From Octopus vulgaris (lineage: Eukaryota): a stretch of 64,000 nucleotides of DNA. Under the pieces are notes generated by a model. It had not been told where the DNA came from. It saw nothing but the letters and a program-made list of their open reading frames with translations, and did not search any database. The stretch lies in NCBI GenBank assembly GCA_951406725.2, contig OX597828.1, positions 28,334,001-28,398,000 on the forward strand, written 5' to 3'. Of the stretch, positions 12,832 to 25,803 are shown one piece after another. The position numbers and the translations under genes were made by a program. How positions within the stretch are numbered: the first letter of the stretch is position 1; every line of letters starts with the position of its first letter.

Positions 12832-13844
12832 TATAAATGATAATTATAATAGCAGGGATAGGAAGTCTTAAGGAAAAAGAGATTAATAATGCACCTGCTG
12901 CTGATGATGACAATGATGGTAATGATGATGATGATGCAGCAGCAAAAATGCAATTTTGAGAGCATTGGGTTGAAGAGAATTACTTACTGGAAAAATAATC
13001 AAATTATTACTTTGCTACTTGACACACCATTTTTGCAATTTTTACCATTTTGACCTCTCTGGAATAAAAATACCGAATACTAAGTAGAAAATACATAATT
13101 TCTGAACTCCTTTATATATATATATTTGTGTATCTCTTTATGTCTGTGCTTAATTTAGCAGTTTGGCAAAAGAGACCAATAGAACAAGTACCAGGTTTAA
13201 GATCCAAGATTGATTTGTTTGACTGAAAACCTTTCAAGGAAGTGCTCAAGCATGGCCATAATTCAATGACTGAAACAAATAAAAAAAAAGATAAAACAAT
13301 AGGGATGTGTAATTTACGGTAGATTTGGCTGCTATTTCTTCTCAATTGAACACCTTCATAGAGGCTTCCTCATTGATTCCTAATATCCATTGAGTATTTT
13401 CAATTAGATAAGAGAGATTATATAAGAAATTCTATTCTATTGTATTTCATGGAGGTAGGGATTATTTACACAAACATTACATGAATTTTATAATAATCCT
13501 ATTATATATATTCTATGTTACTCTAAGATAAAATAAGATTCATTAACTGCTAAGGAATAAAAATAACATGTTTAACTGATAACAGTATTCTTATATATAT
13601 ATGCATGCTAATGTGATGAAACAATGCATTAAGCAGCTGAATTATTAGATAAATATATAAATGTACAGAAATAGTTGCTCTTGGCAAGGATTGAACTCAG
13701 AGTACATATTTTCCCTCAAACATTCTATTCAACTTTTTGATGACTCCGTCATTTCATTGTCCACCTAGATCTACAGAATTAGTTCGAGAATTAAGCGATA
13801 TCGCATAATGTGTAAATACATTTTTCTATGTATGGAGGAATACA

Positions 13845-14160
13845 GGAGGCGCAATGGCCCAGTGGTTAGGGCAGCGGACTCGCAGTCAAAGGATTGCAGT
13901 TTCGATTCCCAGACCGGGCATTGAGTGTGTTTATTGAGCGAAAACACCTAAAAGCTCCACGAGGCTCTGGCAGGGGGTGGGGGTGGCGACCCTTGTTGTA
14001 CTCTTTCACTACAACTTTCTCTCACTCTCTCTTCCTGTTTCTTGAGTAACGCTGCGATGGACTGGTGTCCCGTCCAGCTGGGGGGAACACATACACCACA
14101 AAAACTGGGAAAGGGGACCTATGAGCCTGGCTAGGCTTGAAAGGGCGACGTTTATCGTTT
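13845..14160 (+). mobile_element. Full-length tRNA-derived SINE family D with V-domain-like core and 14 bp TSD
   Basis: Head GGAGGCGCAATGGCCCAGTGGTTAGGGCAGCGGACTCGCAGTC...GTTTCGATTCC; core GCGATGGACTGGTGTCCCGTCCAG; TATGGAGGAATACA at 13831-13844 and 14161-14174. Confidence 0.9.
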
Positions 14161-14295
14161 TATGGAGGAATACAACATCTAAGGAAAAACACATATTTCC
14201 CAGGTTTTCTAATACAAGTTTCTTCAAACCCATCTCAATGGAAGTATAATGAATAAAATATCTGTTTTACTGATTTGAACTAACATAATATGAAC

Positions 14296-14679
14296 GAGTA
14301 GCTGTGTGGTAAGTAGCTTGCTAACCAGCCACATGGTTCCGGGTTCAGTCCCACTGTGTGGCATCTTGGGAAAGTGTCTTCTGCTATAGTCCCAGGCCGA
14401 CCAATGCCTTGTGACTGGATTTGGTAGACGGAAACTGAGAGAAGCCTGTCGTATATATGTATATATATGTATGTGTGTGTGTGTTTGTGTGTCTGTGTTT
14501 GTTCCCCTAGCATTGCTTGACAACCGATGTTGGTGTGTTTACGTCCCCGTCACTTAGCGGTTCGGCAAAAGAGACCGATAGAATAAGCACTGGGCTTACA
14601 AAGATTTGCTCTCGACTAAAGGCGGTGCTCCAGCATGGCCGCAGTCAAATGACTGAAACAAGTAAAAGAGTAAAAGAGT
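14296..14679 (+). mobile_element. SINE family A, near full length
   Basis: Matches 6022-6427 along its length. Confidence 0.9.
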
Positions 14680-15257
14680 ATGCAATCTACTAACTTGTTC
14701 ACTCAAACATTTCATTTCCATTTCACTTCCTGAGAAGTGGATCATAATATATCTTAAATATGATAATTTGTGTCATAATTTTTGATTTCTAAAAAGGTTT
14801 CCATTAATATTGTTTGAAAATCTATACAAAATAATAACAGAATTGTTTCATAATTACATATTGAATTTCTTTTTTAGTTTTGTTATTGGGAAAATAATTT
14901 AAATTTTCCATTTTGTTAACCTTTTCTGTCATGCTTTTAATTCTTTTGTACACCACACTTCTTCGATCAAACCAATCTTTAGTCATTTATTTTCATGAGC
15001 ATTATTCTTATACACATAAACACACACACACACACATAGATACTCATACGCACACAGCTACACATATATATATATATACATCTATAGATGTTTATTTATT
15101 TGTAATTATACCAAAAGCCGTGGGCTTTGCTTAAACTCTGAGCTAATTATAACATAGTAACTAATATAAATGTTTTTTTAAAATACACCTGATTATATAT
15201 ACACCTGATTATATATACACTTTAGATGAGTTGTAGTGCACCTGAGCACTGTACACA

Positions 15258-15302
<45 letters not shown>

Positions 15303-15434
15303 GAATGTGACAAGTGTGAATCTGTTTGTCTCCCATAAAAGCTTATCAAGCATAAAAAATACTTAACCAACACACACAAGAAAGAACCAGAGATGTATAG
15401 TCATGGCATTAAATCTGTTTTTTCAAAAAAAACC

Positions 15435-15435
15435 A

Positions 15436-15472
<37 letters not shown>

Positions 15473-15790
15473 GTTATTATTATTATTATATGAAACCTCA
15501 CAGTTTATTTTGCTGAGTATGATGGAAAGTGTCAGCTGTCCACAGCCAGCAGACTAAGGTGACACTTATTTAATGGTCATGTTTCAAGAACCCTGCAAAG
15601 AATTCTTTGCAGTTCTAAGCAATGCTGATTTTTGTAGGTGTTCTACCTTTACACTTGCACTGATCTTTTTTCAGCCATGTTAGTAGTGGAGTGGCAATAC
15701 TTCCAAGTGCACCAATTACTATTGGTATCACGTCTACTCTCTTCATTGACCACAACCTTCGTAATTCTCTCTTCAAATCATCGTAGTTGT
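15435..15790 (-). mobile_element. R4/Dong-type LINE 3' end with (TAA)n tail
   Basis: Minus strand reads KRELRRLWSMKRVDVIPIVIGALGSIA...VKVEHLQKSALL, with frameshifts, followed by (TAA)n. Confidence 0.8.
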
Positions 15791-15793
<3 letters not shown>

Positions 15794-15823
<30 letters not shown>

Positions 15824-15900
15824 CTTCTTCTTCTTCTTCTTCTTCTTCTTCTTCTTCTCCTCCTCCACCTCATCATCATCATCATCATCATCGTCATCAT
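15794..15900. repeat. (CTT)n followed by (CAT)n microsatellite
   Basis: Seen directly. Confidence 0.95.
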
Positions 15901-15904
15901 CGTT

Positions 15905-16230
15905 GTCGGCAGCAAGTTGGCAGAACTGTTAGCACCTGAGCTTAGTGGTATTTCATGTGTATTTATGTGCTGAGTTCAAATCCCAGCTGAGGTCAACTTT
16001 CCCTTTTCATCCTTTTTGAGGATCAATAAAATAAGTACCTGTTCAGTATTGGGATTGAGATTATCAACTTTCCCTCCCCTCCCCTCAAAAACTGCTGGCT
16101 CTGTGCCATTATTATTTATTATTTATTATTTTTATTATTATTATTATTTTTATTATTACCATTATTGTTGTTGTTGTTGTTGTTGTTATTATTATTGTTA
16201 TTATTATTATCATTATTATTATTATTATGG
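15905..16230 (+). mobile_element. SINE family C with long (TAT)n/(TGT)n tail
   Basis: Similarity to 63268-63485. Confidence 0.7.
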
Positions 16231-17077
16231 CCGATTTAAATGCTAATGGTTTAAAGTGTCTATTTGAAACTTTATTACACCACACCTGCATAAAGCAGTG
16301 GTTGAAATAGTACTTAATTTCTTCACCTGTCAACTGAATCATATTAACATCCTACTGCTCCACCCCCACCCCACCCCACATCCATCTGCCCTCTTCTGCA
16401 TTCCTCATCATTCCCCAACTTATACGACATTGGTCATTCCTCACCCCTTATCCATTATTCCCTACATCCACCCTCCAACCCTGCCCAATCTTTACCCTTG
16501 TTGCCCACTTCACTTATCCTCTCCCATTTCCTCATTTCTTGCTCTCCCTTTCACTCTTGCTACTTCTCCCCCACCACCTCATACACTTTTGCAAACCCCC
16601 ACCTATGCTCCTCTCTCCCCACTCACTTCTTATCACCCTGTACCTTGATGTTCCTTACAGACACCTCATCACCAGTATTTATCTCTTTACAGCTCTACTA
16701 ATTAATTTCCGTTCTCTCCTCTCAATGTGAGTAGCCATGTGGCTCCTCAACAACAAGATCCTGCTCTTCCCAACCGGCACATCTCCTAGCATGAGAGCCC
16801 CCTAATCTCTTTCGTTTTGTAGTCTTGTGAACTGCATGGCACCTTCACTAGTACTGGTGGCAAGGAAAAAAAGCAATCTTCTTAATGCTGAGTACTTTAC
16901 AGTGGTTGGTATCAGGGAGAACATCCAGCTTTGAAACCATGCCAAAACAGACACTGGATCATGATACAGTCCTTGGATCCACTGGATCCAGACAAACCAG
17001 CCACTCCATGCCAACATGGAACATGGACTTCAAATAAGAAAGATCTTTGAGTTGTGCCAAATTCAAAGTGAGTAATA

Positions 17078-17760
17078 ATCATCATCATCGTTTAACGTCC
17101 GTTTTCCATGCAGGCATGGGTTGGATAGTTTGACTGGGGACTGGCAAGCCAGGAGGCTGCATCAGGCTCAAATCTGATCTGGCAATGTTTCTACAGCTGG
17201 TTGCCCTTCCTAATGCCAACCACTTCAAGTGTGTAGTGGGTGATTTTTACGCACCACTAACATGGGATCCAGTCAAGCAGCACTGGCATCGGCCACATTT
17301 GGATGGTGCTTTTTACGTGCCACTGGCACAGGGAGCCAAACAGGCAGCGCTGGCATCGGCCACGTTTGGATGGTGCTTTTTACGTGCCACCGGCACAGGG
17401 AGCCAAACAGGCAGCACTGGCATCGGCCACATTTGGATGGTGCTTTTTACGTGCCACTGGCACAGGGAGCCAAACAGGCAGCACTGGCATCAGCCACATT
17501 TGGATGGTGCTTTTTACGTGCCACTGGCACAGGGAGTCAAACAGGCAGCGCTGGCATCGGCCACATTTGGATGGTGCTTTTTACATGCCACCGGCACAGG
17601 GAGCCAAACAGGGAGCCAAACAGGTAGCACTGGCATCGGCCACATTTGGATGGTGCTTTTTACATGCCACTGGCACAGGGAGCCAAACAGGCAGCGCTGG
17701 CATTGGCCACATTTGGATGATGCTTTTTACATGCCACCAGCATGGGGAGTGGGTCAGGCG
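17078..17760 (-). mobile_element. RTE 3' UTR fragment (family B) containing a 67-bp tandem array of about 7 units
   Basis: Units start at 17341, 17408, 17475, 17542, 17621 and 17688, with a 12-nt extra duplication at 17609. Confidence 0.85.
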
Positions 17761-18780
17761 ATAATTTTAATTATTCTGTTTGAGTTCGATGTGACTGAAA
17801 ACCAATGGCTTATCTATGATTAACTCTGATGACAGCAACTTTTTTGTTGTTTTTTCTGTTCTGTGTGTTTATTTTTTATTATTTTTATTTTTTTGTATTT
17901 TGTATTTCTGAAGCAACTTCTTTAAGAAGCTTGTTTTTAAAAACACACTAACTACCTCTGATTTTGCAAATCCCTTCACTAAATTGTTTGTTTATAATTA
18001 TCCCCGATTCGCTTTGAAGAAAGGAACATCAGTGAAAAGAAGTAAATATCGTAGAAATTCTGAAAGATAGCTTTTGTACAAACCTGTCGATAAGTTTAAT
18101 TTGAATGATTTTTCTTTTTCTTTTTTTTTTTTTTTTAAGGGAAAGAAGTTTATCAATTGAATATTTCAGTACTTTCAATTACTTTTGCTGAAACTCATGG
18201 CAACTTTATGTCATTGTTGTAAAGTGTGTTCCAATAAATTGGCAGCCATCTTGCAGAGCATGTATGCCGAATGAATATGTGTATGTATTCTCAGGAACAA
18301 ATGAAAAACAAACAAGATGTCGAAACTGCTATTGATCTATTCAATATTGACAATCTGTAGAAACTTCGGGTTGGAGTTGGCATGAAATCAATAGCTAACA
18401 TAAACTATATTGTTTCTTCATAAACCCATATTTGAGAGGAATGGTTATATGTCATCTTCAAGTATCTGTGTTTTTATAATTACTATAAACAAACGAGCAA
18501 ACCTTTTCCCCACTCCTCACAATGTTTTTCAGAATGATTAAGTTGTCTTAGTAAATTAAGTTCAGTATAAGAGAGCTTGTGACTTGCACTAAACCTTCAT
18601 ATATTAGCTAAACCAAGATGATGCAGAGTTTCAGAAAGTTTTACTTGTATAAAATTGATGAATATGAAGAACAAGTGGAGAGAAATTTTTCCTTGTTTTA
18701 TTCCAGCAAGAAGTAGAGAAATGTGGTATGGGTGGTGGGTGAACGTATATACTTTGTTTTCTTTCATTTTAAATGAAAAT

Positions 18781-18815
<35 letters not shown>

Positions 18816-19544
18816 TTTGCCCACCATCATTTCAGAAATGGGTATTTCTGCAAAATGACAAAAGTTATTAAAAATGATTCTCAAAATAATTTTTGAAAAA
18901 ATTTGTTAAAATTCAATTCTTATTTTGAATATATCGCTCAAGTTCTTCAAAATATTTTAGTTATTTCACTTCAGAAATCATGTTTGCGTGGTACTACTTA
19001 AAAGACAGTTATAAAGTTTACAACAAAACTGTGGGCAAGCTCTAAATACACTATTCTGTGTATATGTGTGTGCATGTGTGTGTGTGTGTGTCTCTCTCTA
19101 TGTGTGAATCCATGTGTTTGTGCACATATATATGTATGCGTGGGAATTTTATAGAAGCAGGCAAATCATCTTAACAGAAGTTACTGCTGCTAAAGTTTGA
19201 CAAGATTGGCAACATAAATCTTTTATCAATGAGAATATAAAAGATGTCTCTATACTTATTATTTTTGTAGTTTTATGGTCTTTGTTCGTCTTGTCTTTTA
19301 TTGTTGTGTTTTTTTATTTGTTCTTGTTTCAAACCCTCTCTCGTCACATTTGATGAATGTAAAACTGCTTGTGTATAAGTACTTTACAAAAAAAAAACTT
19401 TGTCTTTCTTTTTTTTTTTTGTATGTTGTGTGAACGAAAAAAACTTAGAGAGCCATTGCTGTAGAGAAGAAATTGATTATTTTTTTTGAAAAGTTAAAAC
19501 TTAGATCAAAATTTGCAATATTTTTCAACATATCACAAACTCTT

Positions 19545-19586
<42 letters not shown>

Positions 19587-19717
19587 ACACACACACATAT
19601 ACACGCACCTGTACACATAGATATACACATTTGCAAGTGTAGGAGTTTGTAACTTTTGATCTGTAAATGAATGTGTCTGTGTCTGTGTGTGTGTGTGTGT
19701 GTGTGCATATATGCATG

Positions 19718-19758
<41 letters not shown>

Positions 19759-19915
19759 GCATGTATACAGGTATGTATGTCTCTCTCTCTATATATATGT
19801 GTGTGTGTGTATGTATGTATATTGTGTATGCATGGGCATATATGTATATGTGTGTGTATACTGAATATGTATCTTTTGATATGAATAAATTTATGTATAT
19901 TGATGTGTGTGTGAG

Positions 19916-19964
<49 letters not shown>

Positions 19965-20124
19965 CTCTCTCTCTCTCCATATATATATACATATATATAC
20001 ACATACATGTACATGCATATGTGCAAACACACACACACACACATACATGTATTTCTATTTTTATATATATATATATTTATATATATATTATAATGGAATA
20101 ATTACTGTGAAGCATTGTGTAAAT

Positions 20125-20703
20125 TATATTGTATAAAAGATCGTGGGTAAGGCCAAAACAATGTGAAGTAAATGCAAGGTAATTCACAAGAAAACAAATA
20201 CATGAATTAATGTAGACTTACCTTCTATTCAATATTTCGGGGTTATGACCCCCATTTTCAAGAAATTGACGGATGTTGCCAATGTGTGTGAACATGTGTG
20301 GAGTGGATACGCACAGAAGTTTGTTGCTATAGCAACCAGATAGCTTCCTGTAACTCCCTTCTATTGTTGATCTTAGGTTTCTTTTGGTGTATGAGGATGG
20401 CCTCAGAGATTCTAAGGTTGCCCCTGTTTTGCTGTGTTGCCTTGATGTGCACTGTGAATTTCCGGGTCTGGCATTTCCATGGAGGTTTCTTCATGGAAGT
20501 TTCTGCCTGCATGTGTTTCTTAATGCGTACTTGCAGTTTTCTTGTCGTGTTTCCAATGTGAGATGCACCACATTTGCCACAGATGATCTCATATACAACA
20601 TAGGTTCTCTGGCATAGAGGACCCATATGTGATTTACCGTGCAATTTACCTTTCATTTACTTCGCATTGTTTTGGCCTTACCCACAATCTTTTATACAAT
20701 ATA
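20125..20703 (-). mobile_element. 5'-truncated Penelope-like element: GIY-YIG endonuclease fragment, 3' pLTR, and inverted terminal copy
   Basis: ORF 20327-20656 contains VVYEIICGKCGASHIGNTTRKLQVRIKKH...LRISEAILIHQKKPKIN; 20125-20187 is the reverse complement of 20639-20703. Confidence 0.85.
20222..20265 (-). ncRNA. Minimal hammerhead-like motif with U3-A8 core variant
   Basis: TTTC-TTGAAAA-T-GGGGGTCATAACCCC-GAAA-TATTGAA-TA-GAAG, located downstream of the GIY-YIG ORF. Confidence 0.55.
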
Positions 20704-21524
20704 TATACATATATATATGTATTTAGATAGATAGATTTATATGGGAGCAACTATCTTTGAACACTCATATTGTCGTTGGATGCCCGAAATGAGGAGTAGA
20801 TAGAAAGCTGACAGCTGATGAAGGGTCGTTCTTAGTGTTACTCGCCATGGTTTCCATTTTTTCTGTTGTTGTTTGCCTATTTGACTCATTTGTTTTCATA
20901 CTTCATATTGTTTACAGTTGGTGACACCCTGTACACATATATGCATATATATATACTCACATGAATAAATGGCCAAAATGTGGTGCACACTGGGGAACAA
21001 TCTTGGAATCAAACCCATAAATTCATAACATAAAAGACCACCTATTTTTCTGGATATTCTCATGTTTCTTATCTCTTTACCTTATTTGATAAAATTCTTC
21101 TCTGGAAAAGGTTTCACTTGTGTTTTCCATTTTTACTGTTTAATCAGAAAGCCATGCTGCCCTGTTTATGAGGAGCTCCAGGATCAGTGGGAGAAAGGGA
21201 AAGAGTTGTCTGCAAAATGCCGGTCTGGCTGGAATGTTTGCAAGTGGATTCAATTAAAAAAGATCACTAAATCCCAAGGGGTCGTTTTAAACCATGTAAC
21301 CAGTTAAGTCTACTAGCCAACAAATCCAAATGAGCAAGAGGACAGATGGATGATAGATGAAAGGGAAGAAAGCATTAATTGATAACTCTACTCTCCAATA
21401 TAGAATTGTACAAAGAAAACTAGAAGATCATTTATGGAAGCTTTATTATTTTCAAAATTCAGCACAGACAGACAATATATGAGAAATAAACAAGGAGGGT
21501 AACTTAAAATTAAGTTGAATATAT

Positions 21525-21762
21525 TTTAAACCCTTTTGATCTCAAGTTGCCTGAATCGCCTTTTGGTTCCATGATACAAACTTCATTGTCTAAAGTGATC
21601 TAAACTGAAAACTTCCATCACAGTTTACTGATAATCTATGTTCCAGATGTCAGCTCAGTTATGACAAAGTTACTCATATTTTAAGAAATTCTTCATTATT
21701 TTCAGAATTAATTGAAATAAAAGGAGTGTATTGCAATAGAAACATGGTAAGAAAAAGCTTAA
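21525..21762. mobile_element. Diverged TTAA-type (piggyBac-like) MITE related to 28780-29312
   Basis: Starts TTAAACCCTTTTGAT, ends GGTAAGAAAAAGCTTAA, with internal similarity to the 28780 copy. Confidence 0.5.
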
Positions 21763-22243
21763 ATCAGTGGATGTTAGTTTTAAGATTTACAAACTCTTAA
21801 ATTAAAGCACTGCTATAGTCTACACTTTATCCAGAAGATGAGACTGAGAAGATCTAGGAATATTAATGAAAGTCATTAACATAAAAGATTAAAGCTAAAT
21901 TGCCATGTTTTCAGGACATCATACTTGAAAGAAAAAGCCATATACTGTATACGTAAATATAAGGGAAATGTACAAATAAGGTGTATATGTTGCATGTTGT
22001 ACACATTTTTTAGCCTTAACAGTGATAAATAAAAATAAAATTATGACTAACATAGGGTGTGCTTTATACATTTCCCTGTGAATTCTGTATTTCAGAATAA
22101 CTACATGTATCCCTGCATGTCATAAAAAATAACTCAATGAATTGACATTGGGAATGGTTTCAAGCCTGAGAAGGCCCATCCAATTCTTTCTTACTAGCAT
22201 GGAAAAGTGAGTGTAAAAAATGGTGATAATACACACACACGCA

Positions 22244-23468
22244 CAGAGGATGCGTAAGGTATTTGAGGACATACATTTTTGTGGTCATTGCTGCATTTTT
22301 TGCTAACTCTTTATAATCTTTGTTTCAGAAAACAATAATGGCATACCCTCAGCTTACTCAAGAAAAAAAGAGGCATGCTGTTATTGCAGTTATAAAGGCT
22401 GAGCATAGCGATTTAGAAATGTCTCAATTTTTAAAAGTTGCCAGATCTTTTATCTACAAAGTTTGTAAGGAGCTAGAGACTGAAGATGGAAATGTATCAC
22501 TAGTATTTATATGTAAAAAGCATTCTAACAGACCATTGATTACAATCCCAGAAAGTCCATCAGGTCAAATGCAAAGGATCTCCATGTATCAGAAGGAACA
22601 GTCAGAAATGTTGTCCACAAAGACACCAGATGTAAGTTTTATATGATGAGGAAAGGTCAATTTGTCAGAAAAAGCAAAAGAAAATCACTACATAAGATTT
22701 TAAAGGCTCTTAAACAAACTGAAAAATCCAGCAGAAGAAAATTTGATTTTGTTTTATTTTTTCAGATGAGAAAAACTTTAGCCAAGATCAAAAAGTTTAC
22801 AGAAGAAATGACAGATGGTTAGGTGCAGACCCTTCTGCAGTTCCAAGAGTTATGTATACAAAACATCCTGCAACTGTCATGGTTTTAGGGGTTGTCAGCA
22901 ATGAAGGACATATGATGCCTCCTTACTTCTTTCCACAAAGTCTTAACGTTAACTCTGCTGCCTACATTGAGGTCCTGGGAATAATTGTTAAGCCCTGGGA
23001 AGAGAGTGTATGCAATAGAAGGCCATTTGTGTTTCAGTAAGACTCTGCACTATCACACATGGCTCTAGTAACACAGGAATGGATGGCTGAAAATTTTCAT
23101 GATCACATAACCCCTAACATTTGGCCTCCTAATTCCCCAGATCTCAATCCATTGGACTATTACATGTGGAGCATTGTTGAGAGAGAGGTCAATAAATATA
23201 TACATAACACCAAAGATTCTTTGAAAGCTGCCATAGTCAGAGTAATGTCCAAAATGAACCAAGACCACTTTATGCGAGCATGTAGATGATTCGGATCTCA
23301 AATAGAATCAGTTGTTGAAGCTGAAGGTGGCTTTCTGGAATAACATTATGGAGAAGAAGGTTCATTTTTATCCTCATAACATTTTTTGAGAAATAAAGTT
23401 ATTATCTGTTATTATAAATCTGTTTTTTTATAAACATAAATCTGTCCTCAAATATCTTACACACCCTG
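22244..23468 (+). mobile_element. Full-length decayed Tc1/mariner transposon, DD37D (maT) group; transposase is a pseudogene
   Basis: Imperfect ~30 bp TIRs (CAGAGGATGCGTAAGGTATTTGAGGACA / TGTCCTCAAATATCTTACACACCCTG, then TA). Motifs FSDEKNF, KHPATVMVLGVVS, FVFQ*DSA and WPPNSPDLNPLDY, with 37 residues between the second and third D. Contains stops and frameshifts. Confidence 0.92.
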
Positions 23469-23472
23469 TATA

Positions 23473-23519
<47 letters not shown>

Positions 23520-24748
23520 CTCGCACATGTATATGAAGTAGACATACAATATAATGATGATGACAACAATGTATATAGTTCCTTCTTCCATTTTTTTGGC
23601 ATTGTTTTGTGACTAAAAACTCTCCCGATTGTCAACAACTTTACACCATTTTCTGGGTACAATATACCGTGATATTTGTATGCATACTCACACACACACA
23701 CACGAACACAATGTTTGATTTGAGCATACAGTTTTCTAAGCATGCAAGGGGCCCCATTCTCTTTCTCTGTACCAATTTTTCTAATCTGGGTACACAATAT
23801 TAAATTCTTGCCTTCTTCCCCACTTTTCTTAGTTAGCAAAACAAATTTCCAAGAATCTGAATAATTTTATGTGTTCTGGTACTAACACAAAACTTTAGTT
23901 CTTGGCATGTTTGCCTTTGGATTCTAGACATTTTGTCCAGTTTGGAGTATTTTCTGCAGCTTTGTGATAGTTGCAGACAAACATTTGTCTTGAACTATGA
24001 AATTATTTCTTCAGGAAACTGACATGAATAGTGGAGTGCTAAGGATGCAGTATAATTGAAAAAAATTTCTACATTAAATTTTTTGTTGACCATGTTGAAA
24101 ATTTCCACATTACTAACATGTAGTGCCATCCATGATTTCCATGGTTATCACAAATGATTGCTTTACATCTTGTATCTCTTCAGCCAAAAAGAACGAGAAT
24201 AACCATACTGAAAATCTTTTTCCTCTGTTCCTCTTTCTTTCATTCTATTTCTACTTTCCAAACTTTTATTCCAACTCTTTGACAATGGAACTTTTATGTT
24301 TAATAGAGCAATCACTCTTCGCAATGATATACCAATTAAGGTTCCCATAGAATTATATTAAACAATGTCGGTAGTTGTGATTATTGTATGCTACAATTTT
24401 TATAGCAAATACTAGAATTTTGTTGCCAACAACTATCCTATGAAGGAATTAAGAACTATACATTATGTTACAGACTCTTTGAGGTGTTGCAAGCTTAGAC
24501 TATGTAAAGAAAATGTTTTCTACTGTCTTACTTTGATAATTTAGCTTCAATCAATTTCTTCAAATTAATTTCAAAATCCTAAACCCATTTCAAAAGCTAG
24601 ACGGAAAATTTGCCGATAGGGTGAGGTGAAAAGAGGAAGAGAGAGGTAGAGAACTAGAGAGAAAGAGAGAGAGAGAGAGAAAGAAAGGCATACATATAGG
24701 CAGAGGGGGAAACAGTGAAAGAAAGATGGAGAGACATACAAATACAAG

Positions 24749-24801
<53 letters not shown>

Positions 24802-25287
24802 ATCCATTCCAAAACAAATAAAATCCTCCCAATAACAATACTTATATAATCTATATTGTTTTATGGAAGAGGTTTTTCCCCTTGAAGTTTCATTATCTAT
24901 AAATGTCAGAAAGGAAATTCAATCTTCAGTTCTTTATTTTATGTTTGTGTGAGATTCAGACTCAATTTAAGAAAATTAAGAGATAAGATTTCATCATCTA
25001 CTAATCATTGTGCAGGCAATCAAATCCTAGAAATATCTCCTTAGAATAAAATATAGGATTTTTATTAAATACACATATTTATATTTTATAATTCTGAATA
25101 TATGAGTGTGAGAGAGAAAGAGAGAACGTGTGTGTGTGTGTATACAGTATGTATATATATACAGACACTTACACACACATATATATATACACACTCATAC
25201 ACATATACACACACACATATACATATATAGGTATATATATATACACACTCATACACATACACACACACATATATATATATAAAGGTG

Positions 25288-25319
<32 letters not shown>

Positions 25320-25327
25320 TATATACA

Positions 25328-25367
<40 letters not shown>

Positions 25368-25803
25368 TACATGTGTATACATATATTTGTATTTGTGTAA
25401 CTATAGTATATGTGTTCATCAGTATACTTTGCATGTGTGTGTGTGTGTGACTATATGTGTCTGTGTGCATGCATTGTCCATATGTATGTGTGAAAGAGAA
25501 ATAGAAATATCACTAAGAAATAATATAGGTGTACATATGTGTGGTTTAGTGATGAGACTATCTTACTATATGGTTGTGTGGTAAGAAGTTCACTTCCCAA
25601 CCACATAGGCCCAGGTTCTTGCCCACTCTGTGGCACCTTGGGCAAGTATCTTCTATACAGCCCTGGTCAAACAAACCTTTGTCAGTAGGTTCACTAGATG
25701 GAAACTGAAACAAGCTCATTGTATGTTTCCATACACATGCTAGCACACACACACACACATGGATAACAACAAAGTGTTAGCACAAAGCAGTGTTTAGATA
25801 TGA

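Noticed and set aside
13845-13920. tRNA gene
   Set aside because: No complete acceptor stem; it continues into a SINE body and is flanked by a TSD.
15638-15973. Poly-Leu membrane-like ORF
   Set aside because: Produced by the (CTT)n microsatellite.
16298-16730. Proline-rich ORF
   Set aside because: Low-complexity C/T-rich tract with no splice or domain support.
17185-17823. Repetitive ORFs of 121-212 aa, or a CRISPR-like array
   Set aside because: The units are contiguous near-identical repeats with no unique spacers, inside an RTE 3' UTR; all three frames are open because the unit lacks stops.
18295-18360. Short terminal exon EQMKNKQDVETAIDLFNIDNL*
   Set aside because: Weak acceptor, and short enough to arise by chance.
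20781-20826. Permuted hammerhead (GCCC-GAAA...GTA...CTGATGA-A-GGGT)
   Set aside because: The core halves and a 4-bp stem II are present, but stem I does not pair; unsupported without a family consensus.
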